Made by a program: the position numbers and the translations under genes. Below are positions 29,975-39,800 of a stretch of 64,000 bases of DNA, piece by piece (position 1 is the stretch's first letter; every line of letters starts with the position of its first letter). The notes beneath the pieces were generated by a model that saw only the letters and a list, made by a program, of their open reading frames with translations, was not told the origin of the DNA and did no database searches. The stretch comes from Trueperaceae bacterium (GTDB lineage: Bacteria; Deinococcota; Deinococci; Deinococcales; Trueperaceae), in assembly GCA_965213925.1 (NCBI GenBank), contig OZ243927.1, positions 3,776,001 to 3,840,000 on the forward strand, written 5' to 3'.

Positions 29975-30703
29975 TTACCGCCTATTCCCGCCGCCGAAGT
30001 CGCGAGGACCTCGTTCCGCCCTTGCCGAAAGGTCTACCGTGTAACTCTGTGGGCTCGTCGTCACAGAGACGAAAGAGGCGTCTTGCGCGGCGTCGGTAAA
30101 GCTGTCCGCAAAACCTGCCGCGCTGTCTTGCCCGTAGGTAAAGGTGAGCGTTTCCTGTTCACCCCCACCCGCTTCGGGGTCGCCGTCATAAAAGGTCGCG
30201 CTGAGCGTGTCGCCCTCTTCTAAGCCGCGCCCGGAGGCGAGTTCACGGGGTAAGAGCCCGCGTCCCTCCACAAAATCCTCGACTTGCGAGAGGTTGAGCG
30301 TGCGCGTCTGCTCGCCCACCTCGACTTGGATGTATTGAGCATTCTCTCGCGCCTCGGCAAGCTGCTCGGCGAACGCCGCCTCGCTGTCCTCGCCGTAGGT
30401 CAAGTTCAACGTATCTAAAACGTTCCCGTTCTCCTCCGGGTTGCCGTCATAAAGCGTGACCTCAACGGTTGTGCCGAGCGCTAAACGCCCGAGGGAAAGC
30501 CCGCCCCCGAATTTACCGAAACCGCGCTGTCCTCTATGACCTCTGCCCGCGAAAGCTCGGTCGGTGTTTGGCGTGTCATCTGACACGCTGCTATTCTGCG
30601 CTCCGCTCGCCGCGCCGCCCGTCTGCGCCCCGACTAAACCGCCGCCCACCAGAAGACCCGTCACGGTCAGTGCCATCATCCCTTGCTTGAGTTTCTTATT
30701 CAT
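29975..30703 (-). CDS. Secreted hypothetical protein with two internal repeats
   Basis: Signal peptide; repeats TLYDGNPE..TLNLTYGEDSEAAFA and TFYDGDPE..TLTFTYGQDSAAGFA. Confidence 0.75.
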   Translation of the reverse strand: MNKKLKQGMMALTVTGLLVGGGLVGAQTGGAASGAQNSSVSDDTPNTDRAFAGRGHRGQRGFGKFGGGLSLGRLALGTTVEVTLYDGNPEENGNVLDTLNLTYGEDSEAAFAEQLAEARENAQYIQVEVGEQTRTLNLSQVEDFVEGRGLLPRELASGRGLEEGDTLSATFYDGDPEAGGGEQETLTFTYGQDSAAGFADSFTDAAQDASFVSVTTSPQSYTVDLSARAERGPRDFGGGNRR

Positions 30704-30871
30704 GTCTAGCTCCTTTCGAGCAGGTTTGTCCTTGCTCAACCAAAGGGTAGCCTCCTCTGGTTACGACGTGGTTACGGCAGCTCTAACCTGCCGGTAACTC
30801 AAAATGTCGAATGTGTCACACCCGAGCCACCACGAAAACCTCTTTCTTGGTGCAAAAGCGTACAATACCCC

Positions 30872-31537
30872 ATGCCGCTCAAAGACGACTTTTTAACCCG
30901 TATGACCGAACGCTTAGAGCAAACGCTCGCCGAGGTCGAGCACTTGACCGCGCACGGACGTTCAGACGAAGCGCTAACCCTCATCAACACCGCCTACCGC
31001 GAGAACACCGGCTCAGACGCGCAGATGGTCCACCGCTTGTCCACCGCCGACCTCTTGAATTTACTGAGCACGACGGGCGTTTTAGAGGTCGAAAAAAGCC
31101 TGCTGATGGGCGAACTCCTCTACGCCGAAGCGAACGTTAAAGCGTCGCAAGGCGCGGACGTGAGCGCGCAGGATTATCTCAAGATGTTGGAGCTGTACCT
31201 TCACGCTCTGACTACCGAAGCCGGACTCATCCCCTTTTACGACGTGAAAGTAGCGCGGCTAGTGGATATGTTTGGTGCGTTGCCACTCATCACCGAGCGC
31301 CTCGTGTTCGAGTACGAGGCGCTCAAGGGAGACTTCGCCGCCGCGGAGGATAGGCTCTTTGAGATGTTGGAAGCTTATCCCGGAAACTTCGAGCTGATCG
31401 ACTGGGGCTTCGGGCACTACAAACGCTGGCTCGAGCTGCCCGACGAGAGGCTCGAGGCGGGCAACTTGCCCAAGGACGAAGTGCGGGAGAGCTTAGCGAG
31501 CTTGCGCGCCATGCGCGGGGAGGCGCTGAAAGTATGA
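30872..31537 (+). CDS. Conserved helical hypothetical protein (DUF6483-like)
   Basis: KDDFLTRM N-terminus, GDFAAAEDRLF, LEAGNLPKDEV. Confidence 0.65.
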   Translation: MPLKDDFLTRMTERLEQTLAEVEHLTAHGRSDEALTLINTAYRENTGSDAQMVHRLSTADLLNLLSTTGVLEVEKSLLMGELLYAEANVKASQGADVSAQDYLKMLELYLHALTTEAGLIPFYDVKVARLVDMFGALPLITERLVFEYEALKGDFAAAEDRLFEMLEAYPGNFELIDWGFGHYKRWLELPDERLEAGNLPKDEVRESLASLRAMRGEALKV

Positions 31538-32703
31538 ACACGAACCGCTGGGCGTCCAAGCGTGTCAAAGCGATGCCCGCGAGCGTCTTCGACACGATGG
31601 ACCGCGCCAAGAGCCGCGCTAAAGCGAAGGGATTAGAACTCATCGACCTCTCGATCGGCTCGTCAGACTTAGCGCCGCCGCAAGCCGCCCTTCAAGCGCT
31701 TAGAGACGCGACCTACCTGAGTGAAACGTACGGCTATTGCCTCTTTTCTGGAACGCAACCCTTACGTCACGCGGTTGCGGACTGGTCCCTACGGCGCTAC
31801 GACCTCTCCATCGACCCGGACGAGCACGTCCTCCCGCTCATCGGTTCGCAAGAGGGCTTCGCCAATCTTCTGCTGGCGACCACCGACCCCGGCGACCTCA
31901 TCCTCGCGCCCGACCCCGGCTACCCGTCGTACTACGGCGCGATTGCGCTAGCGGGTCTGGAGATGGCGACGATGCCGCTCTCTGAGGAGAATGATTACCT
32001 CCCTGACCTCTCTCAGATTTCAAAAGAGGTCGCTAAGCGTGCCAGGGTGATGGTCCTCTCCTACCCGAACAATCCGACCGCCGCCGTCGCTACGGACGAG
32101 TTTATGCAAAAAGCCGTCACCTTCTGCTTGGAGCAAGACATCTTGCTCGTTCACGACTTCCCTTACGTAGACATGGTCTACGGCGACTACCACGCCCCGT
32201 CAGTCCTGACGCAAAAGGGCGGGATGGAGACCGCTGTCGAACTCTACAGTTGCTCCAAGTCGTTTCACATGGGCGGCTTTCGGATGGGCTGGGCGGTAGG
32301 CAACGCGGACGCCGTCGCCGCGCTCGCTCAGGCTAAGGGAGCAATCGACTTTAACCAGTACGTGGGGATTCAGCAGGCGGCGGTGGTGTCTTTGGAAGCG
32401 GGTACGTCTGAAACTCGAGCGGAAGTTTTCGAGGCGCGGCGCGACATGCTAGTTGAGACGTTGAACGCTGCCGGCTGGGACACGCCGCTGCCCAAGGCGA
32501 GCATGTACGTCTGGACGAAGTTGCCGAGAGGTCTCACCAATTCCTTTGACTTCGCGCTCAAACTTACGGAGGAGACGGGCGTGTGCCTCAATCCAGGGCG
32601 GGCGTTCGGTGAAGAGGGTGAGGGGTATGTGCGAATAGCGCTTGTGCGTGAGCCGGCGGTGTTAGCTCGAGCGGTCACGCGAATTCAGGAGTTTTTGGAC
32701 TAA
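31534..32703 (+). CDS. Class I/II PLP aminotransferase (LL-DAP/MtnE-like)
   Basis: DPGYP, YPNNPT, HDFPY, SCSKSFHMGGFRMG. Confidence 0.9.
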   Translation: MNTNRWASKRVKAMPASVFDTMDRAKSRAKAKGLELIDLSIGSSDLAPPQAALQALRDATYLSETYGYCLFSGTQPLRHAVADWSLRRYDLSIDPDEHVLPLIGSQEGFANLLLATTDPGDLILAPDPGYPSYYGAIALAGLEMATMPLSEENDYLPDLSQISKEVAKRARVMVLSYPNNPTAAVATDEFMQKAVTFCLEQDILLVHDFPYVDMVYGDYHAPSVLTQKGGMETAVELYSCSKSFHMGGFRMGWAVGNADAVAALAQAKGAIDFNQYVGIQQAAVVSLEAGTSETRAEVFEARRDMLVETLNAAGWDTPLPKASMYVWTKLPRGLTNSFDFALKLTEETGVCLNPGRAFGEEGEGYVRIALVREPAVLARAVTRIQEFLD

Positions 32704-32894
32704 GGACGCCGTTAAGTAAGTTCTGCAACACAACCTCTTACTTGTCACCCCGAGCCCAGTCGAGGGGTCTCGCCTTGCAATCTCGGTCAGAGGAGTCAGC
32801 AAGGTCAGAGATTCTTCGACTCCGCGGAGTCTATCCTATGCTCGCGTAGGGCTCAGAATGACATCGCTCATTCTTTACTTAACGCTGTACTAAG
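32700..32894. repeat. TGTCA...TGACA REP-doublet element with conserved flanks
   Basis: Core 32743-32863 TGTCACCCCGAG..GAGATTCTTCG..CTCAGAATGACA; homologous to 61037-61203 (reverse) and 46396-46582. Confidence 0.8.
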
Positions 32895-32984
32895 GACGAC
32901 ACCTCTAATTTAGGTCAATGAGGTGTGCCGAAGATAAAGTCAGCACTATCTTCGGCATTGAATGATCTGAATTTTACGCAGCAC

Positions 32985-33623
32985 TTAGAGCAATTTTCGC
33001 GGCGAGAAGAGGTCCGCTTCAGGCAGCCGCTCGGCTTGCGCGACGGAGCGGGCGATGATCTGATCCGTCTTAACAGGTCCATACTCGTCGCAGAGAAGTT
33101 CGTATATGCGGTCTAGGCAGTTGCCCATCACGCGCTCCGGATTGCGCATCATCGGCTGCGAACCCTCCAGGAGGCTTTTGACATCAGTGCGCGACTTGGG
33201 GTGCATCTTCTCCAAGAACTGCCGCTCGGAGAGGTGCAACCTCGTGAGCAAGGGGTAGAGCAGCGCGGTGAAGACGATGTACTGCTCCGACTCGGTGGAG
33301 GGTGCTATGTTGGGTTTGGCGGACGCGAGTTGCGCCGCGCTCGGTGTAGAGAGATTTGCAGGCGCGCTCGCCTCCAAGAACTGCGCATGTTCGTCGGACA
33401 CCTTGTAGCCGATCATCGACTGGATGAGCTTTCGCTTCGTCTCGGTGGAGAGCCCTAGCTCCTTCTGGACCGCCTGCGCGAAGCGCAGTGGCGTGAAAGA
33501 GGTCCGCGCCCTGTCGTCCCAGGTGTCCCAGAAGTCCACCGCCCGCGCCGCCTGCTCCTCGCCTAAGAGATCGCGAAACGCCGCGTAGATGAGACCGCGC
33601 CTCTGGTCTAAGGTGGTGCTCAC
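32985..33623 (-). CDS. Hypothetical protein translationally coupled to amt
   Basis: GTG at 33623 overlaps the amt stop (GTGA); 212 aa ending GPVKTDQIIARSV..FSPRKLL. Confidence 0.7.
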   Translation of the reverse strand: MSTTLDQRRGLIYAAFRDLLGEEQAARAVDFWDTWDDRARTSFTPLRFAQAVQKELGLSTETKRKLIQSMIGYKVSDEHAQFLEASAPANLSTPSAAQLASAKPNIAPSTESEQYIVFTALLYPLLTRLHLSERQFLEKMHPKSRTDVKSLLEGSQPMMRNPERVMGNCLDRIYELLCDEYGPVKTDQIIARSVAQAERLPEADLFSPRKLL

Positions 33624-34872
33624 GCCGCCAACTCCAACTCGGGCTCGTCGTCCTGACCCTGGTGGAGCAGACCCGACTGGAACTCGGGGTAGCCCAGCTC
33701 GTGGTGTTCGCTGTAGTCGAGCCCGCGCCGCTCTTCGGACGTGCTCACGCGCAGATTGATGAGCATCCCGATGCCGACAAAGACGACCAAGGCGACGGGG
33801 AAGGCCCAGGCGAAAGCGGCTGCCGCGCCGATCGCCTGCACGGTGAGCTGGCTCAGGCTGAAACCGTCTACGAAGCTGACCGCCAAGATGCCCCACGTGC
33901 CCGCGAAGGCGTGCACGGGCACTGCGCCTACCGCGTCGTCGAGCTTGGAGCGCTCTAAGAGGTCCGTGCCGAGCACCATCACCACGCCCGCGACGAGACC
34001 GAAAAGGATGGCGAGGAGCGGCGAGGCGAGATTCGCGCTCGCGCAGATGGCGACTAAACCCGCTAAGCCGCCGTTGATGGGGTACTGCATCAGCAGAGGG
34101 CGACCTAGCATGAGCGTGAAGAGAACCGCGCCCATCACACCGCTCGCGCCTGCGAGGTGCGTGTTGAGCACAATCACGCCCAAGTTGCCGCCCGCGTCCA
34201 GCGTGCTACCCGCGTTGAAAGCAAAAAAGCCGAACCAGAGGATGAACGCGCCGAGTGACGCCATCGGCAGGTTGTGACCAGGGATGGCCGTAGAGCGCGC
34301 CCCGCCTTGCCGAAAGCGGCCCATGCGCGGACCTAGCACGATCACGCCTGCAAGCGCACACCAGCCGCCGACCGCGTGCACCACCGAAGAGCCCGCGAAG
34401 TCGATGAACCCCACTCCATTTTAGCGAGCCAGCCCGAGGTCGCGCTTTCGTAACCGCCCCACACCCAGCTCCCGAAGACCGGATAAATCAAGCTCGTGAC
34501 GAAGACCGCCGCCAAGATGTAGGGCCAGTAGCGGATGCGCTCGGCGAGTGCCCCACTTACGATGGTCGCGGCGGTGGCGGCGAACATCATTTGGAAGAAT
34601 AAAAAGGCGTAGAACTCGGGCGAACCGCTTTGCGGCAAGAAGTTGCTCATCCCGAAAAAGCCCGTCTGGTTCACGCCGAACATGAGACCAAAGCCCACAG
34701 CAAAAAAGCCGAGCGAGCCGATGCTCATGTCGATGTAGTTTTTCATAATGACGTTGACCGCGTTTTTGGAGCGCACAAAGCCGCTCTCTAACATCGCGAA
34801 ACCCGCCTGCATGAAAAAGACGAAGATCGCACATAAAACGATCCAAACCGTGTTGAAAATATCCATGTCCAT
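33620..34872 (-). pseudogene. amtB: Ammonium transporter, frameshifted near 34415 (pseudogene or sequencing error)
   Basis: FMQAGFAMLE, FQMMFAAT, SGALAER in one frame; DFAGSSVVH, PGHN, DDAVGAVPVH in another. Confidence 0.85.
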
Positions 34873-35110
34873 AGAGAGGTTCCTTTCTAAGATGACGTAT
34901 CTAAAATGAGCAGGTAGAGAACCCTGACCTCTATGAGTTCCCAAAGTGAAGTGTAAAGGATGGACTCTTACAAAATTCTGAGTACACCCACACCAAAATA
35001 TATACGCTAGTACTTATTCGGTGATATCCGATACCTCACACCGGACCTCACGAGAATGCCTCGCCACGCTAGAAAGGTCACAATCATCTTGCTCAGAGGG
35101 AGTGCGCGGC

Positions 35111-35151
35111 GTAGGGGTACCCCTATACATCACTGTATGAATCACCCCTAC
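35111..35151. repeat. Degenerate GTAG-type REP
   Basis: GTAGGGGT...ATGAATCACCCCTAC with an internal insertion. Confidence 0.6.
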
Positions 35152-35190
35152 ATTTGCCTCCTTCCGCGACTTTTTCAGCGTGGTCTACCG

Positions 35191-35221
35191 ATACGGATTC
35201 CGACAAGCGCGGAATCCGTAT
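35191..35221. terminator. 12 bp perfect hairpin downstream of gltD
   Basis: ATACGGATTCCG-ACAAGCG-CGGAATCCGTAT. Confidence 0.5.
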
Positions 35222-35323
35222 TCTTTTAACCCGCAGGCGTGTTGTTAGCGGAGGTGAAAGCAGCTATAGATGTTCACGAACCTAGCACGCCCTTTTTGCA
35301 ACGTGCACTGTTCGCTTCTGAAA

Positions 35324-36802
35324 CTACATCCCAAGCGGCAGATGTTGCGTTCGCAGGCTAAAGGGTAAACGCGACTGCCCCACAAGATAGTCATCAATCT
35401 GCCGCGCCACGTCGCGCCCTTCGCCGATGGCCCAAACCACGAGCGATTGTCCCCGGTTGGCGTCACCAGCGGCGAAAACGCCCTCGAGATTCGTCATCAT
35501 CGCCTCGTCTACCTCGAGCGTGCCTCTATCCGTCACCCTTAACCCGCTCTTCTCAAACACGCTAAGCTGCGCCCCTGTAAAACCGATGGCGACGAGCACC
35601 AAGTCAGCAGGGATGTGAATATCAGACTCTAAAACCTCTTTATCCACCCGGCTGCCGCTCTCATCGCGAATCCAGTCCACCCGCTCCGCTTGCAGCACGT
35701 TGACCACGCCGTCATCATCTGTATCCAAAAACGCCACGCTGTTCACGTTAAAGACCTCTTCGCCGCCCTCTTCCTGTGCATAGGTCTTCTCATAGGTCTG
35801 GGGCGCTTCGGGCCAAGGGTTGTTTTCGGGTCGCTCTAAAGGCTTCTGCTTGTTGATGCTGATTTGCACGACCTGTTTCGCACCTTGACGGTGCGCTGTT
35901 CCCACGCAGTCCGCGCCCGTATCGCCGCCGCCTAACACGACGACGTTTTTGCCTTTCGCGCTTATCATCCCCTCCACCGGACGCCCCGCTTGGCGGCGGT
36001 TCTCTAAGGGCAAGTAATTCATCGCTAATTCAATCCCTTTGAGGTCGCGCCCCGGCAGCGAGAGGTCGCGGTGCTTCTGTGCACCCACCGCTAAGCAAAC
36101 CGCGTCAAAGTCGTCGCGCAGTTTCTCCAACGTCACGTCTTTACCCACCTCGACGCCGCAGCAGAAGGTGACGCCCTCCTCTCGCATCTGCTTCACGCGC
36201 CGCTCGACTTGATGTTTGGCGAACTTGAAATCCGGGATGCCGTAGACCATGAGCCCGCCGATGGCGTCGTCACGCTCGAACACGGTGACGCTGTGCCCGG
36301 CTCGGTTAAGTTGCTGCGCGGCGGCGAGCCCGGCGGGTCCGCTGCCGACGACGGCGACGGTGAAACCTGTGCCCTCTTTCGGCGGCTGCGGCACAATCCA
36401 ACCTTCTTCCCAGCCTTTATCTACGATGGCGCGTTCGATGCTCTTAATCGTCACGGGGTCGTCGTTGTAAGCTAAGACGCAGGCGTCCTCGCAAGGGGCA
36501 GGGCATGTGTAGCCCGTGAACTCGGGGAAATTATTCGTTGCGTGAAGCCGCTCGAGCGCCGCCCGCCAGTCCTCTTCGTACACAAGGTCGTTCCATTCGG
36601 GAATGAGGTTTCCGATAGGGCAGCCGCCCATACAGGTCGGCACGCCGCAGTCCATACAGCGCCCGCCCTGTGTGCTGAGCTGAGACTCGTCCCACATCGG
36701 CAGGTAAATCTCGTTGTAGTCGCCGGTGCGTTCGTCGGCGGGGCGCTTACCGATGGGATTGCGGGAAGTTTCCAGGTAGCCGCTCGGATGGTTTTCGCTC
36801 AT
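35324..36802 (-). CDS. gltD: Glutamate synthase small subunit
   Basis: RCMDCGVPTC..CP, NNFPEFTG, GSGPAGL, GGGDTGADC, GQSLVVWAI. Confidence 0.95.
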   Translation of the reverse strand: MSENHPSGYLETSRNPIGKRPADERTGDYNEIYLPMWDESQLSTQGGRCMDCGVPTCMGGCPIGNLIPEWNDLVYEEDWRAALERLHATNNFPEFTGYTCPAPCEDACVLAYNDDPVTIKSIERAIVDKGWEEGWIVPQPPKEGTGFTVAVVGSGPAGLAAAQQLNRAGHSVTVFERDDAIGGLMVYGIPDFKFAKHQVERRVKQMREEGVTFCCGVEVGKDVTLEKLRDDFDAVCLAVGAQKHRDLSLPGRDLKGIELAMNYLPLENRRQAGRPVEGMISAKGKNVVVLGGGDTGADCVGTAHRQGAKQVVQISINKQKPLERPENNPWPEAPQTYEKTYAQEEGGEEVFNVNSVAFLDTDDDGVVNVLQAERVDWIRDESGSRVDKEVLESDIHIPADLVLVAIGFTGAQLSVFEKSGLRVTDRGTLEVDEAMMTNLEGVFAAGDANRGQSLVVWAIGEGRDVARQIDDYLVGQSRLPFSLRTQHLPLGM

Positions 36803-39800
36803 AACGCCTCATCTCCTTGCGCGTGCTGAACTTGGGGTTGCGCCTGCCTTTGCTCGGGCGAGGGCGGCGCGTCAGGTAAGACCTGCTTGCCCTCACTCTC
36901 CAAGCGCTCCACGGCTTCAGCGTAAGCTTCAGGCATCACCTTGACGAACCTCTTTCGCTGCGCGTCCCAATCGCCTAAAACCTCCCTTGCCTTGCTGCTG
37001 TCGGTGTAAGCGGCGTGGTTTTCCAGAAGTCGGCGCACCATCCTCACGTCCCGCTCGCTCTCCAAAGGCTCTAAATTCACTCGCGCCGCGTTCACCCGCC
37101 TTTCAAAGTCGCCCGCCTCGTCCCACACGAACGCCTCGCCGCCGCTCATCCCCGCCGCGAAGTTCTTGCCTGTCGCCCCAAGCACCACGACCACGCCGCC
37201 TGTCATGTACTCGCAGCCGTGGTCACCGACGCCCTCGACCACACTCAAGACGCCCGAGTTCCGCACCGCGAAGCGCTCGCCCGCCGCGCCGTTAAAGTAC
37301 GCCTCGCCGCTCGTCGCGCCGTAGAGCGCCACGTTGCCGATGAGGATGTTTTGATTCGGCGTGTAGGAGACTTCGGGGGGCGTCTCGACGGTGATTTTGC
37401 CGCCTGAGAGCCCCTTGCCCACGTAGTCGTTCGCCTCGCCCGTGAGGTGCAGCGTGACGCCTTTCGCTAAAAACGCGCCGAAGCTCTGCCCAGCGGAGCC
37501 CGTCAAGTTGACGGTGATGGTGTCGTCCTCGAGGGTACTTCCGCCGCACTTCTTAGCAATTTCTGAGCTGAGCATCGTCCCGACGGTGCGGTCGGAGTTG
37601 CGCACTTTTGACTCTAAGACGACGCGCTCACCTCTTTCGAGCGCAGCTTCCGCCCCTTCAATCAACTCTAAATCCAACTTCTCGTCCAACTTGTGGTTCT
37701 GCCCCCTCGTCTTGCGCGGGTCGTCTTTGGAGGATTCATCGTGGAGGAGTTGTGACAGGTCGAAGCGCGTACCTTTGGGGTGGGCGACCTCTTTCTGCCG
37801 CAGCTTGTCCACGCGCCCGACCATCTCGTCCACCGTGCGAAAGCCCATCGCCGCCATCCACTCGCGGACCTCTTGCGCGATGAAGCGCATGTAGCGAACG
37901 ACGTGCTCCGGCTCGCCCACGAAGCGCTTGCGCAACTCCGGGTCCTGCGTGGCGACGCCCACCGAGCAGGTGTTGCAGTGGCACTTGCGGAGCATGACGC
38001 AGCCCAAGGCGACGAGCGGCGCGGTGCCGAAGCCGTACTGCTCTGCGCCCAAAAGCGCGGCGACGACGACGTCGCGCCCTGTTTTCAAACCGCCATCCGC
38101 GCGAAGGCGCACACGTGAACGCAGCCGCGTCGCCAACAGCGACTGATGCGCCTCGGCGAGACCCAACTCCCATGGTGCGCCTGCCGACTTGATAGACGTT
38201 TTTAAGGACGCCCCCGTGCCGCCCGAGTCGCCGCTGATGAGAATAGCGTCCGCCTTCGCCTTCGCCACGCCCGCCGCAATTGTGCCGACGCCCGCCTTCG
38301 AGACGAGCTTGACGTGCACCTCCGCCTCGGGGTTCGCACATTTAAGGTCGTGGATGAGCTGCGCCAAATCTTCAATCGAGTAGATGTCGTGGTGCGGCGG
38401 CGGCGAGATGAGCCCGACGCCGGGCGTGGTGAAGCGCACCTCGGCGATGGTGTCGTCCACCTTTTCGCCGGGCAACTCGCCGCCCTCGCCGGGTTTGGAG
38501 CCTTGCGCCATCTTGATTTCGAGTTGTTCTGCGTTCGCTAAATAGTCAATCGTCACGCCGAAGCGCCCCGACGCCACCTGCTTCATCGAGCAAGAGCGCT
38601 CCGTGCCGAACCGCTCCGCTGGCTCGCCCCCTTCGCCTGTGCCGGAAACCCCACCGATGCGGTTCATGGCGATAGCTAACGTTTCGTGCGCCTCTTGGCT
38701 CAGCGAGCCGAACGACATCGAGCCCGTCGCGAAGCGCTTCATGACCGCTTCGGTAGGCTCGACCTCGTCTAAGGGGAGAGGGTCGTCCAACGTGTCGAAC
38801 TCCAGGAGCCCCGAAAGCGTCTGCAACCGCGTATCCTGCTCGTTGATGAACGCCGCAAAGGTCTTGTACGACTCCGCGTCGCCCGTGCGAACCGCGTGTT
38901 GGAGCTTGCCGATAGTTAAAGGGTTCCACTGGTGCAGCTCGCCGTCACGCCGCCAATAGAGGTCGCCGCCGCCCTCCAGACTCGTCCCCGTCACCACGCC
39001 CGCGTCCTCGAACGCCGCCTCGTGACGCGCGATGAGATCGCGCTCGAGCCTAGCCAAGCCGACACCCTCCACGTGCGCCGTCGTCCCTTCGAAATACTCA
39101 TCGACGAGGTCAAAATCCAAGCCGATGGCTTGAAAGACCTGTGCGCCCTTGTAGCTCTCCAAGGTCGAAATCCCCATCTTCGACATGACTTTGAGGATGC
39201 CGTCCTCGAGCGCCGACCTGTAGCGCTTCAGCCCCGTCGCCGCGTCCGGTGCGAGCGCCTTGCCCGCCGTTTCGGAGATGCTAGCAAAGGCGAGCCACGG
39301 GTGCACCGCGTCCGCGCCGTAGCCAATCAGCGTGCAGAAGTCCTGCACGGTGCGCGGGTCGCCGGACTCTAAAACTAAACTCACGTGCGTCCTGAGCCCC
39401 TTGCGGATGAGGTGGTGATGCACTGCGCCCACCGCCAAGAGGCTCGGAATGGCTAGCCTCGAGTCGCTCACCTCTTTGTCGGAGAAGACCAGCAGCTCGC
39501 AGTCGTCGCGAACCGCCTCGCCTGCGCTCTGGCGGAGGGATGCGATGGCGTCCTCTAAAGAGGTCTCTGGTTCGTAGGTGAGGTCCAAAGTGCAGGCGTA
39601 GAGCCCGTCTCGGCGCAGTCCTTTAATCACCTCGACCTCTTGCGTCGTCAAGATGGGCGAGTCCAACAGGAGCCGCCGACAGTGCGCGGGCGTCTCGTCT
39701 AAGAGGTTGCGCTGCTTGCCGATGTGGGTTTCTAAAGAGGTCACTAAGAGACTCGCGCAGATAATCTAAAGGCGGGTTGGAGACCTGCGCGAAGAGCTGC

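Noticed and set aside
33624..33896. N-terminal extension of ORF 32985..33896
   Set aside because: It overlaps amt in another frame and is Arg-rich junk; the GTG overlapping the amt stop is the better start.
34952..34972. TGTAA-N11-TTACA upstream of amt, and TGTAA-N8-GTACA upstream of gltB, as GlnR/TnrA/NtcA boxes
   Set aside because: The spacings differ from each other and from the TGTNA-N7-TNACA and GTA-N8-TAC consensus.
39740..39750. Programmed frameshift in gltB
   Set aside because: No slippery sequence at the site and no precedent I know of; an indel is more likely.
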